Shown here: piece after piece, positions 56,545-64,000 of the stretch
Position numbering within the stretch: the first letter of the stretch is position 1
Layout of the letters: each line of letters opens with the position of its first letter
NCBI GenBank assembly: GCA_944392865.1
Contig: CALXYD010000002.1
Location: 4,896 to 68,895, forward strand
From: an uncultured Alphaproteobacteria bacterium
GTDB taxonomy: Bacteria; Pseudomonadota; Alphaproteobacteria; RF32; CAG-239
DNA length: 64,000 nt
Direction: 5' to 3'
Made by a program: the position numbers and the translations under genes
Notes under the pieces: generated by a model
What the model was told of the DNA's origin: nothing
What the model saw: the letters and a program-made list of their open reading frames with translations, nothing else
Databases searched by the model: none

Positions 56545-57873
56545 TTATATGTCTTTGTATTTGCATAAGATAAAGTGCTTTTCTATTTGTTCAATAAATG
56601 AGCTGCCTTCACCTATATATGCGGCAATGTTTGGTATATACAAATCAGGATTCTCTACTAAAATATAATCAAGAATATCACAGTATTTGTAAAAATTATT
56701 ATAGTTTAGATTTGTATTATTTAAGCATAAACGCTTAAGAATTATAATTATATAATTTAAAATATTTGTTCGGTCAAAACAGAAAAAAGAATCTGTATGA
56801 AATAATCTTATTAAGAATTGTATTTCTTTTCCACACACTTCAATATCATCAGTAGGCTCTATAAACGAAAAAATATCGTCAATAAAATATTTCCGAATGA
56901 AGCGATGATTAAATATTTGCCTATCCTTATTAGTGTGAAGCAAATAATTGCAAAGTGTGAGGCAAAATAATTTATGTTCAGGAGCGCTTTGTGCAGTAAT
57001 TGTAATTAAATCGAAAAGATAATAATAATCTTCTTTCAAACAATTTGGTTTTGAAAGTGTATTCAGTACTAAATTTTGTAATTCATCAGGAGTGATGTTT
57101 ACATGCATATATTTTGTATTTATTATTTTTTCTATTTCGTTTTTGTAAGTGCGTAGGACAATATTAGCGCTAAACTCTTTTTGTAACAACAAATACGCTA
57201 CAGTATTTAATATTTTCCAATATAAATATATTGTGTGATTGGTAAGATTTAATATACGGTTTAATATCAGAACAAATTTATCTATGGATATTTCTCTGTT
57301 CATTAAAGCAGACAAGACAGAATCAATCCAACATAAATAAGTATTTTCGTTATCGTGAGTTTCTTTGTTGTATTCAAACAGGCATATTTTTCTAAATAAA
57401 TTTTTTATAAGCATATTATAATTATTTTTATATATAAGGTTTTTTATAATGAAATTTTGGTAAATGCGGACAATAAGGAAATCCTGACTTATATATGTTG
57501 TTTCACGTGAAACTTTATCAAGATAATCACCTATTTTTTCGCAATCATATCTAGTTAGGTATCTCTTTAATTTACTTTGTGGTAATGTTGATAATTTTAC
57601 AAGTTCGAAAAGATTTCGCTTTTTCAGAATCGTATTATCCTCAACAGAATTATAAAAGTTTTCAATTATCTTCTCAATATCTTTTTTGCTTAAATCTGAA
57701 ACATTAACGCGTAAAATATTTTCGGTTAATGTCAGTTCATACGCATTATCAAAATATTTTTTTATAAGCAAATTATTCATGGTTTGATAAAATTTTTTAT
57801 TATCAGCATCGCTCATTATCTTACTTATAAGTTTATGACGTTTTTCTAAGATAGTGTTTAAATCGTAATCCAT
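56545..57873 (-). CDS. orphan hypothetical protein, very AT-rich, all-helical composition
   Basis: 442-aa uninterrupted ORF rich in Asn/Ile/Lys/Tyr/Leu. I recognise no motif. It is inserted between mnmE and mnmG and contains a parS-like site. Confidence 0.5.
   Translation of the reverse strand: MDYDLNTILEKRHKLISKIMSDADNKKFYQTMNNLLIKKYFDNAYELTLTENILRVNVSDLSKKDIEKIIENFYNSVEDNTILKKRNLFELVKLSTLPQSKLKRYLTRYDCEKIGDYLDKVSRETTYISQDFLIVRIYQNFIIKNLIYKNNYNMLIKNLFRKICLFEYNKETHDNENTYLCWIDSVLSALMNREISIDKFVLILNRILNLTNHTIYLYWKILNTVAYLLLQKEFSANIVLRTYKNEIEKIINTKYMHVNITPDELQNLVLNTLSKPNCLKEDYYYLFDLITITAQSAPEHKLFCLTLCNYLLHTNKDRQIFNHRFIRKYFIDDIFSFIEPTDDIEVCGKEIQFLIRLFHTDSFFCFDRTNILNYIIIILKRLCLNNTNLNYNNFYKYCDILDYILVENPDLYIPNIAAYIGEGSSFIEQIEKHFILCKYKDI
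57499..57514. promoter_or_regulatory. parS site (TGTTTCACGTGAAACT, 15/16 match)
   Basis: Matches the canonical parS palindrome TGTTNCACGTGAAACA except at the last base. It lies inside the orphan gene and encodes VSRET. Confidence 0.8.
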
Positions 57874-57970
57874 TTTTATTACCTCACAAATTAAGAGAAT
57901 ATAATATAGAATACAATTAAAAATATGTTTGTCAACAGAAGATTCATACGAATTGAATAAAAGATAAATC

Positions 57971-57998
57971 TTGCAAATTATTTTGACCGGACTAATAT
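57971..57998 (+). promoter_or_regulatory. candidate mnmG promoter (TTGCAA-N16-TAATAT)
   Basis: The hexamers lie ~35 nt upstream of the mnmG ATG. Confidence 0.35.
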
Positions 57999-58030
57999 CA
58001 CTAAGTTCTTAATTTAAAAGGATTAAGCAG

Positions 58031-59875
58031 ATGGAGTATGATGTTATAGTTGTTGGTGGTGGACACGCCGGATGTGAAGCTTGTGCTGCAGCTGCACGAA
58101 TGGGAGTGCGGACAGCTCTTATTACGCATAATATAAAAACAATAGGTGAGATGTCATGTAATCCGGCCATCGGAGGTTTAGGCAAAGGGCATCTTGTTAG
58201 AGAGATAGACGCCTTGGATGGGGTTATGGGAAAAGTCATCGATAGAGCGGGTATACAATTCCGTATGCTTAATGCATCCAAAGGACCGGCTGTTAGAGGT
58301 CCCCGCGCTCAAGCTGATAGAGAACTCTATAAGAAATATATGTTGGAAGCGCTAAACGAATATAAAAATTTGGATATTATCGAAGGTGCTGTTGAACACT
58401 TGATAATTAAAAATCAAAAAATTGAAGGAATCCGCTTATCAAATGGTGTTGAATATTATGCAGCTTCAGTTGTGCTGACAACGGGAACTTTCTTAAATGG
58501 TGTTATGTTCGTAGGACATGAACAAACAGTAGGTGGGCGTATCAACGACGTTACTTGTACAGGGATAACAGCGTATTTAAAAAATGCAGGATTGAAAGTC
58601 GGACGGCTTAAAACAGGAACACCGGCAAGATTAGATGGAAAGACAATAAATTGGGATTGTTTAGAAGAACAATCCGGAGATATCCATCCTCAACCTTTCT
58701 CATTTTTATCCGGTAAAATTAAACAGCCGCAGATAAAATGCCATATAACATACACAAACGAATCGACACATAAAATCATTCGGGATAACTTTTCCAAATG
58801 TGCTTTGTTTTCTGGGTTAATTACAGGCGTTGGACCTCGTTATTGCCCGAGTATAGAAGATAAACTGGTTAAATTCGCTGACCGGACGAGTCATCAAATA
58901 TTTTTGGAACCGGAAGGGTATAATACAAATGTTGTTTATCCGAATGGAATATCCACATCTCTACCGGCGGATGTGCAGGAGCAATTTATCCATACAATAA
59001 AAGGGCTGGAAAACGTAAAAATTCTCCGTTACGCATATGCGATTGAATATGATTATGTTGACCCGATGGAGTTGAATCATTGCTTGAAAACAAAAAAAGT
59101 GGATGGTTTATATTTGGCCGGTCAAATCAATGGAACGACCGGTTATGAGGAAGCTGCAGCTCAAGGACTTGTAGCCGGTGCTAATGCGGCATTATCTGCA
59201 CAAAAGAGCAGTAAAGAATTTTTTATTGATAGGAGTGAAGGTTACATTGGCGTTATGATTGATGATTTGATAACAAAAGGAATCGATGAACCTTATCGTA
59301 TGTTTACTTCCCGCTCTGAATATCGATTATACCTTCGTGCTGATAATGCGGATTTACGGCTAACAGAAAAAGGATATGAAATTGGTTGTGTATCGCAGTA
59401 TAGATACAGTGTATTTAAAATGAAAAAAGAACAATTGGATACTTGCCGGCAAATATCTAAAAATACATATATTTTAGCAAAAGAAATTGATGACTTCAGT
59501 TTGCCGTTGAAAAAAGAAAACAATAAAAAAACTGTTTTTGAATTGCTTGGATATAACGATGTTTCACGTGAAACAATTAACAACTTGTGCCCGGCTTTAG
59601 CGGAGGTAACAGATGAAGTCTATGAACAACTTTGCATAGAATCTAAATATGCCGGTTATATGAAAAGGCAAAATAACGATATCGAAACATTTAAAAAAGA
59701 TGAAAATATAAAAATTAAATCTAATCTTGATTATACAAAAATTGGCGGCTTATCAAGAGAAGTTGTTGCTAAATTGGAAAAGGTAAGACCCTCAACGATC
59801 GGTGAGGCTTCACGCATTCCGGGGATAACGCCGGCCGCAATTATCGCTGTTTTGAGCTATATGAAAAACAATTAA
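58031..59875 (+). CDS. mnmG: tRNA uridine-5-carboxymethylaminomethyl synthesis enzyme MnmG
   Basis: [18 protein letters not shown] motif, [23 protein letters not shown], and full length of 614 aa. Confidence 0.97.
   Translation: MEYDVIVVGGGHAGCEACAAAARMGVRTALITHNIKTIGEMSCNPAIGGLGKGHLVREIDALDGVMGKVIDRAGIQFRMLNASKGPAVRGPRAQADRELYKKYMLEALNEYKNLDIIEGAVEHLIIKNQKIEGIRLSNGVEYYAASVVLTTGTFLNGVMFVGHEQTVGGRINDVTCTGITAYLKNAGLKVGRLKTGTPARLDGKTINWDCLEEQSGDIHPQPFSFLSGKIKQPQIKCHITYTNESTHKIIRDNFSKCALFSGLITGVGPRYCPSIEDKLVKFADRTSHQIFLEPEGYNTNVVYPNGISTSLPADVQEQFIHTIKGLENVKILRYAYAIEYDYVDPMELNHCLKTKKVDGLYLAGQINGTTGYEEAAAQGLVAGANAALSAQKSSKEFFIDRSEGYIGVMIDDLITKGIDEPYRMFTSRSEYRLYLRADNADLRLTEKGYEIGCVSQYRYSVFKMKKEQLDTCRQISKNTYILAKEIDDFSLPLKKENNKKTVFELLGYNDVSRETINNLCPALAEVTDEVYEQLCIESKYAGYMKRQNNDIETFKKDENIKIKSNLDYTKIGGLSREVVAKLEKVRPSTIGEASRIPGITPAAIIAVLSYMKNN
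58568..58581 (+). repeat. copy ACAGCGTATTTAAA inside mnmG
   Basis: Identical to the 14-mer at 22235. Confidence 0.9.
59406..59419 (+). repeat. copy ACAGTGTATTTAAA inside mnmG
   Basis: Exact 14-mer, encoding Y-S-V-F-K. Confidence 0.9.
59560..59575. promoter_or_regulatory. parS site (TGTTTCACGTGAAACA, perfect)
   Basis: Perfect 16-bp canonical parS palindrome within the 3-prime part of mnmG. Confidence 0.9.
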
Positions 59876-59941
59876 AAAATCTATGTTTATAACTGACTTT
59901 TTTTGATACAAAAAACACACGGATAAAATAATATCCAAAAT

Positions 59942-60559
59942 ATGATGAATGTTATCGAAAAATGTAAGGTTTCACGTGAAACAGTTGATGGGTTAAAAAC
60001 TTACCAACAACTGGTTTTAGAATGGAATCATCGGTTCAATTTAATTAGCAAACAATCAGAAGCGGTAATTTGGGAAAGGCATATTCTCGATTCGTTGCAA
60101 TTATGCGAATATATAAAAGCTCAAGATGAAATTTTGCTTGATTTAGGTGCTGGTGCCGGTTTCCCTGGGATTGTAATAGCAATAGCCGCTAAGCAGCTTT
60201 TTCCAAAATTAACTATACACCTGGTTGAAAGTATAGCTAAAAAAGTTTCGTTTCTTAATATGGTTAAGGATACGCTTGAATTGAAGGTGATAGTTCACCA
60301 TGATAGAATCGAAAATATAAAGCTAAAAAATGTTGATATCATTACTTCACGAGCACTCGCATCACTTCCAAAATTATTGGAATATTCAATTCCTTTTTGC
60401 AACAAAAATACAAAAATGTTATTCTTAAAAGGGGAAAAATGGGAAAGTGAAGTAAGGGAGGCTCTTCAACTTAGAAATTTTGAATTTACAGCCATATCCA
60501 GCCAAACAGATGAAAAGGGAAAAATACTATATATAAATAAATTGGGAGATGAAATTTAA
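59942..60559 (+). CDS. rsmG: 16S rRNA (guanine527-N7)-methyltransferase RsmG
   Basis: VSRETVDGLKTYQQLVLEWNHRFNLIS N-terminus, SAM motif DLGAGAGFPG, and TSRA. Confidence 0.9.
   Translation: MMNVIEKCKVSRETVDGLKTYQQLVLEWNHRFNLISKQSEAVIWERHILDSLQLCEYIKAQDEILLDLGAGAGFPGIVIAIAAKQLFPKLTIHLVESIAKKVSFLNMVKDTLELKVIVHHDRIENIKLKNVDIITSRALASLPKLLEYSIPFCNKNTKMLFLKGEKWESEVREALQLRNFEFTAISSQTDEKGKILYINKLGDEI
59968..59983. promoter_or_regulatory. parS site (GGTTTCACGTGAAACA, 15/16 match)
   Basis: One mismatch at the first base. It lies in the first codons of rsmG. Confidence 0.8.
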
Positions 60560-61329
60560 TGGTTAAAATTATATCAATTGCAAACCGCAAAGGGGGAGTC
60601 GGTAAAACAACGACAGCCGTAAACATTGCAACCGCAATGGCGGCTGTTGGTAAGCGTGTTTTAATATTGGATATGGATCCGCAGGGAAATGCGACAACAT
60701 CATTAGGCATCAACAAAAATAAATGCTTATTTTCAACTTATGATGTAATGATAAATAATTGCAAAGTAGAAGAAGCAATTATAAAAACTGATATCAAAAA
60801 ATTTGATATATTACCATCCGCGCCGGCATTGGCTGCCGCCGAAATAGAGTTAATTGATGTCAATAAAAGGGAATATGTCTTAAAAAATGCTTTAACTGCC
60901 TTAAATGGAAAATATGACTATATTCTAATTGATTGTCCGCCATCGTTAAATCTAATCACTATAAACGCATTAGTATCATCAGATTCGGTTATCGTTCCTC
61001 TGCAAAGCGAATTTTTAGCATTAGAGGGTCTGACAGACTTAATAAAAAATATTAACATAATAAAGAAAAATTTTAACTCAAAATTAGACCTGCAAGGTAT
61101 TGTGCTGACAATGTTTGATAAAAGGAATAATTTAAGCCAGATGGTAGAAACGGACGTCCGAAAATATTTTGGGCAAAAAGTTTATAAAACGGTTATTCCG
61201 AGAAGTGTCAGAATTTCTGAAGCACCTTCACACGGCCAGCCTGTCTTGATTTATGATTTTAAAAGCACTGGTGCAAAAGCATATTTAAATCTGGCAAAAG
61301 AAGTCTTAAAGAGAGAAAAGGAGTTATAA
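60559..61329 (+). CDS. parA: chromosome partitioning ATPase ParA
   Basis: Deviant Walker A NRKGGVGKTTT, DMDPQGN, IDCPPSL. The start overlaps the rsmG stop. Confidence 0.93.
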   Translation: MVKIISIANRKGGVGKTTTAVNIATAMAAVGKRVLILDMDPQGNATTSLGINKNKCLFSTYDVMINNCKVEEAIIKTDIKKFDILPSAPALAAAEIELIDVNKREYVLKNALTALNGKYDYILIDCPPSLNLITINALVSSDSVIVPLQSEFLALEGLTDLIKNINIIKKNFNSKLDLQGIVLTMFDKRNNLSQMVETDVRKYFGQKVYKTVIPRSVRISEAPSHGQPVLIYDFKSTGAKAYLNLAKEVLKREKEL

Positions 61330-61330
61330 A

Positions 61331-62233
61331 ATGTCGGTAAATAAAAAACATGGTTTAGGTAGAGGTTTGGAAGCGCTACTTGGAGATGACGACCTGAATT
61401 TTAATTTAGATAACATTAGTGCCGGCGAATCTCTCTCTGATGGTATAAAAAAAATAAGTGTTAATGATTTGGAACCAAGCCAATACCAACCACGTAAAGA
61501 TTTTAACCCGGAAGCTTTAGATGCTTTGGTTAAATCAATTAAAGAAAAGGGTGTGTTACAGCCGCTTATAGTCCGCCCGAGAGATAGTGGAAAATACGAA
61601 ATAATAGCAGGCGAAAGACGGTGGAGAGCTTCAAAACTTGCAGGAATAGCCGAAGTTCCAGTCATTGAAAAAGATTTGAACAATCAAGAAATTTTAGAAG
61701 TAGCTCTTGTTGAAAACTTACTTCGTGAAAATTTATCAGCCATAGAAGAAGCTGAAGGCTTTAATCGGTTAATTACCGAATTCTCGCATACACATGAAGC
61801 CGTTTCTGAAATAGTCGGAAAATCGAGAAGTTATATAACTAATGCCTTGAGATTATTAAGCCTTCCCGCGAGTATTCAAGAAATGATAAAAAATAACACT
61901 CTTAGCGCCGGACACGCCCGTGCGCTAGTCGGTTTGGATAATTCCGAAGAGATTGCTCAAAAAATTATTGCGCGGGGGTTAAACGTTAGGCAAACCGAAG
62001 AACTGGTTAATAATATAAAAAATCAGGCAATAAATCAGATAAGAAAAAACATGAAAAAAGATCCCAGCCTTAAAGAATTGGAAAAAGGACTTACAAAAAG
62101 TATTGGTTTAAAAGTAAAAATAAATAGCGGAGATGAAAATAAAGGCAAGGTTACTATAGAATATAAAAGTCCGGCCGAATTGGAACAAATCTTATCTTTG
62201 CTTGAAAAAAATAAGCAAGAAACTCTTTCATAG
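61331..62233 (+). CDS. parB: chromosome partitioning protein ParB
   Basis: GLGRGLEALLG, QPRKDF, the GERRWRA arginine patch, and an HTH. Confidence 0.93.
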   Translation: MSVNKKHGLGRGLEALLGDDDLNFNLDNISAGESLSDGIKKISVNDLEPSQYQPRKDFNPEALDALVKSIKEKGVLQPLIVRPRDSGKYEIIAGERRWRASKLAGIAEVPVIEKDLNNQEILEVALVENLLRENLSAIEEAEGFNRLITEFSHTHEAVSEIVGKSRSYITNALRLLSLPASIQEMIKNNTLSAGHARALVGLDNSEEIAQKIIARGLNVRQTEELVNNIKNQAINQIRKNMKKDPSLKELEKGLTKSIGLKVKINSGDENKGKVTIEYKSPAELEQILSLLEKNKQETLS

Positions 62234-62282
62234 AGCGCAGTAAATAAAATTCTTTAATAAGCAAGATAAAGACGATAATTTA

Positions 62283-62320
62283 ACCGTAGAGCGATATTTA
62301 TCGTTCTGCGGTATATTTAT
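62283..62320 (+). terminator. candidate terminator of parB
   Basis: 14-bp stem ACCGTAGAGCGATA / TATCGTTCTGCGGT (two G-U pairs) followed by an AT-rich, T-containing tail. Confidence 0.5.
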
Positions 62321-62408
62321 ATAAAATTAGAAAAAATAACCACCAGAAAGGCTAAAAAACGGCGAGATGTTCAAACTATTGATTTTACAAGAATATTTTC
62401 TGCTTTAA

Positions 62409-62422
62409 CAATGTATTTAAAA
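62409..62422 (+). repeat. copy ACAATGTATTTAAA overlapping the cca stop codon
   Basis: Exact 14-mer variant. Coordinates may be off by 1 nt because my count disagrees with the ORF track here. Confidence 0.85.
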
Positions 62423-63610
62423 GAATTCTTTATATTTGTTTATGAGTTCTTGCTCAGATAAGCAACAACCTTGCTCATACCAATACTTTTTTAATATATC
62501 CATATAAAAACCAATCATTTTGGGTTCTGCTCCCAAAGAAATAAGTTTTTTCCCATTAAGCGGAAATTCTGGAATGTTAATCTTATACAGTGTATTTAAA
62601 ACATTCTTTATAGAAACAATATCAGGATTATCCAAATTTAAGCTTAACCATTTATCACAGCAGACATCCTTGCCATAGCGAAATAAAGATTTATTTATAG
62701 AAACGCTGTCTTTAAAATTGTGTAAGGATAAACGAGCTCTTGTTAATTCAAGCAACGTATTTTTTTCTTGCTTATTTAACTTAAAAATATCCGCAAGTCT
62801 GCCGGCTCTTTTACTATCGGGAGCAAAAAGAACATAAATTCTGCGAATGATACTTTTCTGAATGTTGAGTTTTTGAACAAGTTTAATTAACTTATCAAGA
62901 TTATTTAATGATGAAGGAGCGGCAACCAAAAAATCTAAAATTCCGTTGTCAAAAATCAATTTAAGCGTATCAACGGCGTAAGGTGCCATAATTATTTTAA
63001 ACAGCTCGTCTTTAATTTTTTCAGTTGAAACATGTCTAAGCAACTCTTTGTTGTCAATGCAGGCTTTTAATGACTTTTTATCTATTTGTCGGCCGAAAAT
63101 GGCACAAAAACGGAAAAAACGCATAATACGGATATAATCACGTTCAATGGTTTCTTGGGGAAGCCCTATAAATTTAATAACGCCTTTTTCCAAATCTTTT
63201 ATGCCGTTAAAATAATCAAACACGTTACCTTTTTCATCTGCGTAAACTGCATTGATAGTTAAATCTCGTTTAGCGGCATCGCTTTTCCACTCGTCCTTGC
63301 CGGTATCTTCTTCGGAACACAAAGAAGTAACCTTAAAAAAGCTGTTATTTATTAAAACGCCGGTGGTAAAAAATTGAATTCCGATTGGAACACAACGGAT
63401 TCCCTCATCCATGCACATATCCGAAAATTCAGCTGGCGACATATCGGTTACCAGATCAATATCTTGGCGATTAAATCCGGCAATGGCATCTCTGACGGCG
63501 CCGCCGACAAAACGCAAAACACCGCCATGTTTTTCAACCATTTGGAACAACTGTAATATATCATTATTAGTTATAAGTTTTTGCGGAGCAATATATTCAG
63601 GATGAAACAT
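62417..63610 (-). CDS. cca: CCA-adding enzyme / poly(A) polymerase-family tRNA nucleotidyltransferase
   Basis: RFVGGAVRDAIAG and DIDLVT class-II nucleotidyltransferase motifs, plus RDLTINA. Confidence 0.85.
   Translation of the reverse strand: MFHPEYIAPQKLITNNDILQLFQMVEKHGGVLRFVGGAVRDAIAGFNRQDIDLVTDMSPAEFSDMCMDEGIRCVPIGIQFFTTGVLINNSFFKVTSLCSEEDTGKDEWKSDAAKRDLTINAVYADEKGNVFDYFNGIKDLEKGVIKFIGLPQETIERDYIRIMRFFRFCAIFGRQIDKKSLKACIDNKELLRHVSTEKIKDELFKIIMAPYAVDTLKLIFDNGILDFLVAAPSSLNNLDKLIKLVQKLNIQKSIIRRIYVLFAPDSKRAGRLADIFKLNKQEKNTLLELTRARLSLHNFKDSVSINKSLFRYGKDVCCDKWLSLNLDNPDIVSIKNVLNTLYKINIPEFPLNGKKLISLGAEPKMIGFYMDILKKYWYEQGCCLSEQELINKYKEFF
62587..62600 (+). repeat. copy ACAGTGTATTTAAA, antisense inside cca
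   Basis: Exact 14-mer. Confidence 0.9.
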
Positions 63611-63710
63611 CGGATATCCTTTTTAAAAGATTTACAGAAAACGTTAATCGTTTATTATAAATATGTTAATTATAGTATAACAAAAGCTAATTTTGATAGG
63701 AAATAATCTC

Positions 63711-64000
63711 ATGAAAAAGTATGTAATTTTATGCGCAATGGTACTAGCTTCTTTTCAAGTAAAAGCAAACAGTTTGCCGACGGAGCTGGGTGTATACGGC
63801 GATTGGACGGCATATTCCTATAAAGAGGGGAAAAATACGGTTTGTTATATGGCTTCAACTCCCAAAAAAGATGAAGGGAATTATAAAAAGCGTGGGGACA
63901 TATATGCGGTTGTAACCCATCGTCCGGCAGATAAAACTTATAATGTTGTAAATTTTGTTGCCGGATATGATTACAAAAAAAACTCAAATGTGACGGTAAA
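63711..64000 (+). CDS. secreted hypothetical protein (5-prime part only; possibly IalB-like)
   Basis: My translation gives MKKYVILCAMVLASFQVKANSLPTELGVYGDWTAYSYKEGKNTVCYMASTPKKDEG..., with a signal peptide and AGGAAA upstream. The ORF is open to the window edge. I prefer it over the antisense 92-aa track ORF. Confidence 0.45.
   Translation, partial: MKKYVILCAMVLASFQVKANSLPTELGVYGDWTAYSYKEGKNTVCYMASTPKKDEGNYKKRGDIYAVVTHRPADKTYNVVNFVAGYDYKKNSNVTV

Noticed and set aside
52800-64000. Apparent shift toward A/T-ending and AGA/ATA codons to the right of about 52.5 kb, suggesting a chimeric contig or a large island
   Set aside because: This was judged by eye only. Conserved genes on both sides overlap in composition, and synteny (dnaQ-coaE, rho...parB) is normal for alphaproteobacteria. 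It needs a computed codon-usage or G+C profile before any claim can be made.

Overview
The window looks like a chromosomal segment of a low-to-moderate G+C alphaproteobacterium. Lineage markers are an ATP12-like chaperone, a Tim44-like protein, SecB, CarD and the rho-mnmE-mnmG-rsmG-parA-parB block. About 55 CDS are mostly housekeeping: trxB, rarA, yebC-ruvC, ruvAB-ybgC, lptG, cysK, gmk, rpsA, valS, mltA, secB, secA, sufCD, dnaE, eno, ppdK, dnaQ, coaE, rho, mnmE/G, rsmG, parAB and cca. I found no rRNA, tRNA, CRISPR, transposase, integrase or classic defence genes. Six things the gene list does not explain stand out. (1) A 14-mer, ACA-NN-GTATTTAAA, is heavily over-represented: I found 13 core copies on the + strand and none on the - strand. 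These include a tandem 13-bp array at 22.18-22.25 kb and two near-identical 21-mers exactly 300 nt apart inside mnmE. (2) A higher-G+C islet of secreted/outer-membrane beta-barrel genes lies between rpsA and valS. Two of its paralogues share a duplicated ~375-bp cassette of promoter, 11-codon uORF and signal peptide. (3) Three parS sites lie upstream of parAB, one inside a very AT-rich orphan gene wedged between mnmE and mnmG. (4) A cluster of DnaA-box-like sites upstream of rho is a candidate oriC. (5) A conserved but uncharacterised triad (RimK-like ATP-grasp, 7TM transglutaminase-like protein, retropepsin-like protease) sits next to a porin. (6) Several proteins are degenerate or short forms, namely a DEAD-box RecA1-only protein and a short ATP12. 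All motif coordinates were indexed by hand, so expect errors of 1-2 nt. Near 62.4 kb my count disagreed with the ORF track by 1 nt. No database search or statistics could be run.
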